DNA of 64,000 bases. It comes from an uncultured virus (IMG/VR IMGVR_UViG_3300037322_000284) (lineage: Duplodnaviria; Heunggongvirae; Uroviricota; Caudoviricetes). Where the stretch lies: the IMG/VR virus record IMGVR_UViG_3300037322_000284. One strand, written 5' to 3'. Of this stretch, positions 58,886 through 64,000 are shown in pieces (position 1 is the stretch's first letter; the number at the start of each line of letters is the position of its first letter). A program made the translations under genes and the position numbers. The notes beneath the pieces were generated by a model that saw only the letters and a program-made list of their open reading frames with translations, had not been told where the DNA came from and ran no database searches.

Positions 58886-59809
58886 TTACTCGTAAATTGT
58901 TGTATTACTTACTATATTCTTAAGTACTAAATTAAACCTAGAATCCTCGTTTCCTTCTAAATGAACTAAAAAAGACTCCCCTTTTAATCTTTCTAAGACT
59001 TTTTTTCCAGTGAATTTAACTGCCTCACTATTTACTCCTCTAAAAATATTATTTTTATCTTTTAATATTATTGGAATATTGTTGTTTTGATTTACAGTCC
59101 TGTTAAAAAAGTAGTTTACGTTTTGCTTTCCTTCCACCGATGTAAATAGTATATCTTGAATATTTCCATTTAGTTTTGGGTATTTTCTATTGTCCGCCAA
59201 ATTTTTCTGCGGGTTTAGGCTCAAAAGTCCTGAACAATTAGTAGAGTTATAAATAAACATGTTTTTAAAAGACTTATTTTTGTCTATCGTAAAATCCCAA
59301 TCGTTTTGATAATGTTTACTCTCGATGTTCAAAGATATGGAGTTTAACATTTTATTTACGTTTTCGTTAACTATTGGAAACTCTATAATAGGGTTGTGTT
59401 TTATACCTTGGAATACACAAAAACTACTATTGCCCATTAAGTGATTCCAAAGTGTCCCTTTATCCACTCCCCAATTGTATCCTACTTGAAACATATTATT
59501 GTGGTAAGGAGAATAGTCGGGGTAAAAACTGAAATAGCTGTTCCAACTACCTTCACTTACTTTATAAGATATTGTCCAACTAACTTCCTCAAAATAAGTG
59601 CTATTGTCAAAATATATTGGTGTCTTTTGTTCCACTATTATAGGTTGTACAAAGTCTAAACATCTGTATACTGCATTACCATTAGGTAGTATTTCTAAAA
59701 CACAATTCTGTGGATAATCTACGTTGTTTATAGTGGTTATGCATTGACACATAACCACTCCATTTAATTCATATTGAGTACAATTAACTCCCGTGCAAGT
59801 ACATGCCAT
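58886..59809 (-). CDS. C-terminal part of a tail stabilisation/nozzle-like protein
   Basis: YFEEVSWTISY...WNSYFSFYPDY, preceded by a Cys-rich N-terminus. Confidence 0.5.
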   Translation of the reverse strand: MACTCTGVNCTQYELNGVVMCQCITTINNVDYPQNCVLEILPNGNAVYRCLDFVQPIIVEQKTPIYFDNSTYFEEVSWTISYKVSEGSWNSYFSFYPDYSPYHNNMFQVGYNWGVDKGTLWNHLMGNSSFCVFQGIKHNPIIEFPIVNENVNKMLNSISLNIESKHYQNDWDFTIDKNKSFKNMFIYNSTNCSGLLSLNPQKNLADNRKYPKLNGNIQDILFTSVEGKQNVNYFFNRTVNQNNNIPIILKDKNNIFRGVNSEAVKFTGKKVLERLKGESFLVHLEGNEDSRFNLVLKNIVSNTTIYE

Positions 59810-59819
59810 AGTTTATATT

Positions 59820-62800
59820 TTAAAATTTTCTTATCGCTCTTACTTTACAATTATTTCCTGGTTCTGATTTAGGGAATTCTAAAAATGTTCCCGCTAACAA
59901 TGTATTGTAATCGTAGAATTGGCAAGCCCAAGCACTTTGTCCGCCTATAGCAGGACTCTGAGAAGATGTCCAATATCTCGATCTTCTTGTATCGCTGTCA
60001 AATTGTAAAAAGTTACCAATTGTATCTCTCAGAGAAAATACTAAAGCTAATTCATCTTTACTAGGTAGGTACCAATCAGTGAAACCTCCAGCATTGTAAT
60101 CTCTAGCTGCTTTTGCTGCGTATGGGTGTGGACTTGGGGCATATTTATTTATTATGTTAGTAGTGTTAGTATCCCCAGATAATAGTGTGTCAGATGTTAT
60201 ATCTTGTCCACTTGTTTGATTAGGTCTAAACATGGTAAAATGGGCTTCTGGAGGAACACCTGGATTTGTACTGTAATTAGTTAGTTGCACATCACTTAAT
60301 CCTACGATTAGTCCATGGCATCCGCTGCTGTCTACATATATTATTTTACCTCCTGCGTGTAGGCTTCCCACTGTAAAGTTACAAACTGCTGACGCTACAG
60401 ATACAGCTATAAAAGTTGGACTGCTATTACACCCATTGTGACTTGCTACCACTGAATATGTTGTAGTTCCCGTACCGTTTAGTGTTTGTAATATTGTTGT
60501 ACCATTGCCTGCTAACCCTCCTGTTGTGCCCGAATTTACAACTGTCCAACTGAATGTTGCTCCTATTACATTACTTGTTAACAATATGTTAGTAGGTTCA
60601 CCCGAATTTATACTTTGACTACTTGGAGTTGCTATTACATTTGGTATAGGCTTTACTGTAGCTGTCACTTGTCTTGTTGTGCCTATACATCCTGAAACTG
60701 CTTCTTGTGGAGTGATTGTGTAAGTTGCTGTCCCGTTTCCTATCAACACTTGATTTATACTATTTCCACTACCACTTGTTGCGCCAGTAACTCCTGATTG
60801 AGTAACAGTCCACGTGAAATTTATATTTTGTCCCGTGGAAGTTATTGGTATAGATGTTTGTATTCCACTACATATTTCCGCATTAGTCGCTAATGCATCT
60901 GCTGTACAGTTACAAACTGCTAGTGAAACTGCTGTTAAAGTACAAGTTTTTAAAATGTCATTGTATACATACCCACTTGGACAAATTGGAGGAGAAACTG
61001 TTAGTCTTTCACATAGTTGTGTTGCTGAATTATATGTATACCCTGTAGGACAAGTTGTAGTGTAGGCACCGCAAGAATTATAAAATCCTTTTTCTTCATC
61101 GTATTCTAAACAATTTGTATCTTTAACAATATAGTCTTTCTTAGTTATAAAAACTCTATCTTCTCTATTGTCATACCACATATTAAAACCTATCCCTTTG
61201 TATTTATTATCCGTATCTACTTGTGGGAATTGTTTTAATATTTTCATTGGTAGGTGTTCTCTAAACCATTGTTTCATATTAGTAGGTTGATTTCCCACTT
61301 GTTCAGAAATTATCTCTAACCCTTTACCGTTTTGATCTATTTTAAATATTTTACCTCTTTTGGCATCTACCCAAATATGCCCATAAGGTGTGCTAACTAT
61401 GTCTGTGTTTTGTGTTCCCATAAAGCCTAAATCTGTGGATTTAAACTCTGTCGGTCTTTGTAAAAACATCCCCCCTACACCTAAATCTTTATTTTGCGGT
61501 GTTATTCTTTCGGCAATATTATCTACCGCATTATGTAACATTAGTTTATCTTCAAATCTAACTATAAATTGCTCACTTTCAATATTGTGTAAATCTATAA
61601 GCCCACCATTTGCAGTTTTAAACTCGTACCAATCTAATGGTTTATATACAAGCCATGGATTTGTTAAATCATTCTCATTTATATCCTTTTGACTCCAGGC
61701 AATAGCATTTAATTGGGTTGTTCTTTTTGCCCAAACGTCTTTATCGTATGTAGTGTCTAGTATTTTAAAAGGTGAGTTGCTAACTGGTAATGTGTATGCA
61801 TTGTTATAGTAAAAAGTGTTAGGTTCTGCTATTGAAACATTCGTATCCTGTAACCACGTACTCAAGTCTTGGTGTTGAGGGTAAAACCAATCTGCTGGCT
61901 CTTTCTTAGCATACCTAAAATTACAGTTTATCTCTGATTCAACAAGAAAGTCTACTATTCCGTGCACAAACAAGTAAAACTTACTAGGTGGTTTAAAATA
62001 CATACTTCTACGTCCGTTTTCACAATCAAATCTAGTATTTGACACAATATCTGGAAAAGGTATACCTAAGAATTTTTTAAATCCGTCATCATCTCCAGTT
62101 TCATAGTCACAAAAATATGCGGGGTACCCTATATTATCATACTTGGAGTACATAAAAGGTATCTTGTTTGCTATTTTTATTGCGTTCTTTCTAAATATTG
62201 GAGTTTTTCTTCTCCAACTAAATCTAGATATTACAGAAGTTCCCCCATAAATTACTTTACATTCTGTATTTTCCTGTATATCAAAGATATAGTTGGTAGT
62301 CAACCATTTTATAGACCCTATTCCCCCCCATTGGTCAGGAATATAGTTTTTTAATGTAAAATAAGGTGAGGCTACATCTCTATCTGATTTAACATCTGAA
62401 CTGCAATTTACTTCCGAAGATAAAAAGTTACTAGATGTTGAAGAAGTTTTATTATTGTCATAGTTTTTATAATCAGTATAACTTCCATAATTAAATGGAT
62501 AGTCTTTACCTGTAGATAAAAATACTGAGTGCTCTCTTAACCAATTATTTACTTTTACAGTGGTACCATCATTTTCATCTACTATGTTAAATTCTCCTTC
62601 TTTTAAATGTTTTTTAGAAGCTAGAGTTCTCAAGTAATCATTAGAATATTGATCCACTTTAAGAAACTTATTGTAATTACCTACTCCCACTTGCATTGAA
62701 GCAAAGTTATCGATTCTTCCTAAATCTCTAAATATTAGTAACCAACTATACCTGTATTTTCCTACTTTGAATGCCCCTGATACTAATTGTAATCCTGCAA

Positions 62801-63998
62801 GTATTCCTGAGGCTATTAACCCAGCATTTGCACCATTTGCTAACCCAAATAGAAAAAATTGAGATCCTGCTGATTCAGTTGATTTTATTAAAAATTCTAA
62901 AGTTGCTTCTGCTAGACCTAATCGATCTGCTGTTCTTCTAGCTTTATCTCCTAATACTGTCCATTCAGAATGTTTATCTACATCTGTAAAACTTGTACTG
63001 GCACTTCCAAAAACAAAGCCTTGTAAGCTAACTTCTGTAGGGAGTGTAGGTTTAGTTAAAAATATGTCTGGACTTAAAAATGAATATAAGTGATTACTGT
63101 TAGAATTATAAGGGTGTTCCAAAGGCTTACCGTTGGGTGCATCTAAACAAAATTTATTTCTCCCTAAATCATTAAAAGGAAAATTTGGAAAATGAAAAAC
63201 CTCTTTTTCTTTTGTATATTTATAGTAATCGAATGCTATTCCACTTGCTACAATAGATTTTGATACGGAGTTATCCCCTCTAAGTATTTCATAGCCTTGT
63301 ATATTATCTCTTTGTTTTTTAGTGATTAAACCATTTGTATACGCTATATTAATAGCTGTCTGAACTACTTTACTGTCTAATTCAAACCCTAAAGGAAATA
63401 TTATAGTGTCTGCATTATCTTTAAAGTCTAAGCTGTCTATAATATATGGTGAAACTGTATTGTCAGGTAACTTATAATGCCTAATTGGTTGGCATCTAAA
63501 ATCTGCGTTTTTTAAAATATAATTATTGTTTACATCAACTACATTATTATTTGTATAATACGCTGTAAATTCTAATCTGTCTGTTACAGATAAAAGGTTT
63601 AAGTCGGAAGGTTTAATCTTTATATTGGAACTATCCCATAGTTGTTTATTATCTGGGTATTCTTCTGTAGATTCCCAATAAGCTGTCCTACCTTTTTTGT
63701 AAGGTATAGGATCACAATCATTAACTTGAGGTATTACCGATTTGCAAGTTGCTTCGTAAGTAATTACTTTACTTATTTTTATCTCTTCCCAACTTACTCT
63801 TATTTGAGCATTTTCTAATTCTCTAGAATATATTGAAAAACTACCACAAGTGGGTATAACTTTATAAACTGTTTTTTGAGAAGATGTAAGTCCACAATTT
63901 TCATCTATACTTTCGACAATTAAAGGTGCGTCTATAGCTATTATAAAAGTATTGGGGTAATTAGTTGTGTCAATAGTTCTAATAAGTCCTTGAGACAT
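59820..63998 (-). CDS. Tail stabilisation-like protein with CPxGY repeats, PKD-like domains and C-terminal DUF1566/Lcl-like lectin-fold domain (may start beyond window)
   Basis: VDAKRGKIF, MKQWFREHLP; CPTGYTYN/CPSGYVYN; FTWTV/FSWTV; DWYLPSKDEL...YWTSSQ...VRAIRKF. Confidence 0.65.
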   Translation of the reverse strand: MSQGLIRTIDTTNYPNTFIIAIDAPLIVESIDENCGLTSSQKTVYKVIPTCGSFSIYSRELENAQIRVSWEEIKISKVITYEATCKSVIPQVNDCDPIPYKKGRTAYWESTEEYPDNKQLWDSSNIKIKPSDLNLLSVTDRLEFTAYYTNNNVVDVNNNYILKNADFRCQPIRHYKLPDNTVSPYIIDSLDFKDNADTIIFPLGFELDSKVVQTAINIAYTNGLITKKQRDNIQGYEILRGDNSVSKSIVASGIAFDYYKYTKEKEVFHFPNFPFNDLGRNKFCLDAPNGKPLEHPYNSNSNHLYSFLSPDIFLTKPTLPTEVSLQGFVFGSASTSFTDVDKHSEWTVLGDKARRTADRLGLAEATLEFLIKSTESAGSQFFLFGLANGANAGLIASGILAGLQLVSGAFKVGKYRYSWLLIFRDLGRIDNFASMQVGVGNYNKFLKVDQYSNDYLRTLASKKHLKEGEFNIVDENDGTTVKVNNWLREHSVFLSTGKDYPFNYGSYTDYKNYDNNKTSSTSSNFLSSEVNCSSDVKSDRDVASPYFTLKNYIPDQWGGIGSIKWLTTNYIFDIQENTECKVIYGGTSVISRFSWRRKTPIFRKNAIKIANKIPFMYSKYDNIGYPAYFCDYETGDDDGFKKFLGIPFPDIVSNTRFDCENGRRSMYFKPPSKFYLFVHGIVDFLVESEINCNFRYAKKEPADWFYPQHQDLSTWLQDTNVSIAEPNTFYYNNAYTLPVSNSPFKILDTTYDKDVWAKRTTQLNAIAWSQKDINENDLTNPWLVYKPLDWYEFKTANGGLIDLHNIESEQFIVRFEDKLMLHNAVDNIAERITPQNKDLGVGGMFLQRPTEFKSTDLGFMGTQNTDIVSTPYGHIWVDAKRGKIFKIDQNGKGLEIISEQVGNQPTNMKQWFREHLPMKILKQFPQVDTDNKYKGIGFNMWYDNREDRVFITKKDYIVKDTNCLEYDEEKGFYNSCGAYTTTCPTGYTYNSATQLCERLTVSPPICPSGYVYNDILKTCTLTAVSLAVCNCTADALATNAEICSGIQTSIPITSTGQNINFTWTVTQSGVTGATSGSGNSINQVLIGNGTATYTITPQEAVSGCIGTTRQVTATVKPIPNVIATPSSQSINSGEPTNILLTSNVIGATFSWTVVNSGTTGGLAGNGTTILQTLNGTGTTTYSVVASHNGCNSSPTFIAVSVASAVCNFTVGSLHAGGKIIYVDSSGCHGLIVGLSDVQLTNYSTNPGVPPEAHFTMFRPNQTSGQDITSDTLLSGDTNTTNIINKYAPSPHPYAAKAARDYNAGGFTDWYLPSKDELALVFSLRDTIGNFLQFDSDTRRSRYWTSSQSPAIGGQSAWACQFYDYNTLLAGTFLEFPKSEPGNNCKVRAIRKF

Positions 63999-64000
63999 AT

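Noticed and set aside
59820..59960. Diversity-generating retroelement
   Set aside because: A target-type domain is present, but no reverse transcriptase or TR/VR pair is visible in the window.
35167..61692. Short + strand ORFs opposite the large structural genes (and - strand ORFs opposite early genes)
   Set aside because: These are shadow ORFs of long antisense genes, with S/L/F-rich composition and no motifs.
1..64000. Stop-codon reassignment as in some crAss-like phages
   Set aside because: Long genes are intact under the standard code and coding density is high.

Overview
AT-rich fragment of a large tailed dsDNA phage of a Bacteroidota (probably Flavobacteriia) host. The host inference rests on many TAnnTTTG -7 promoter boxes and a class Id-like ribonucleotide reductase. 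The + strand (1-30.6 kb) carries replication and nucleotide-metabolism genes (PolB-type exonuclease, PD-(D/E)xK nuclease, nrdB/nrdA, thyA, MazG, DnaB-like helicase, PolA, BT4734/VirE-N primase, T5 A1-like phosphoesterase) and many small ORFs. The - strand (30.7-64 kb) carries virion and probable ejected proteins, including 3108, 1703, 1018 and 929 aa proteins, an SLT protein and a tail-stabiliser/adhesin. The two halves converge on a terminator at about 30.68 kb. The main find is a non-canonical, integron-like gene-cassette array at 21.1-23.3 kb. It has three attC-like hairpins (AAC...GTT), each followed by a small gene bracketed by its own inverted repeats, and a short tyrosine recombinase lacking the IntI I2 insertion. 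A decayed cassette lies at about 18.0-18.3 kb. Also notable are a ~550-nt structured non-coding region after thyA, an ACP-like protein lacking its attachment serine, kissing-loop/pseudoknot elements, a pseudo-tRNA and a recurrent TTTTCGGCGAAAA palindrome. All calls are by eye; no database searches were run.
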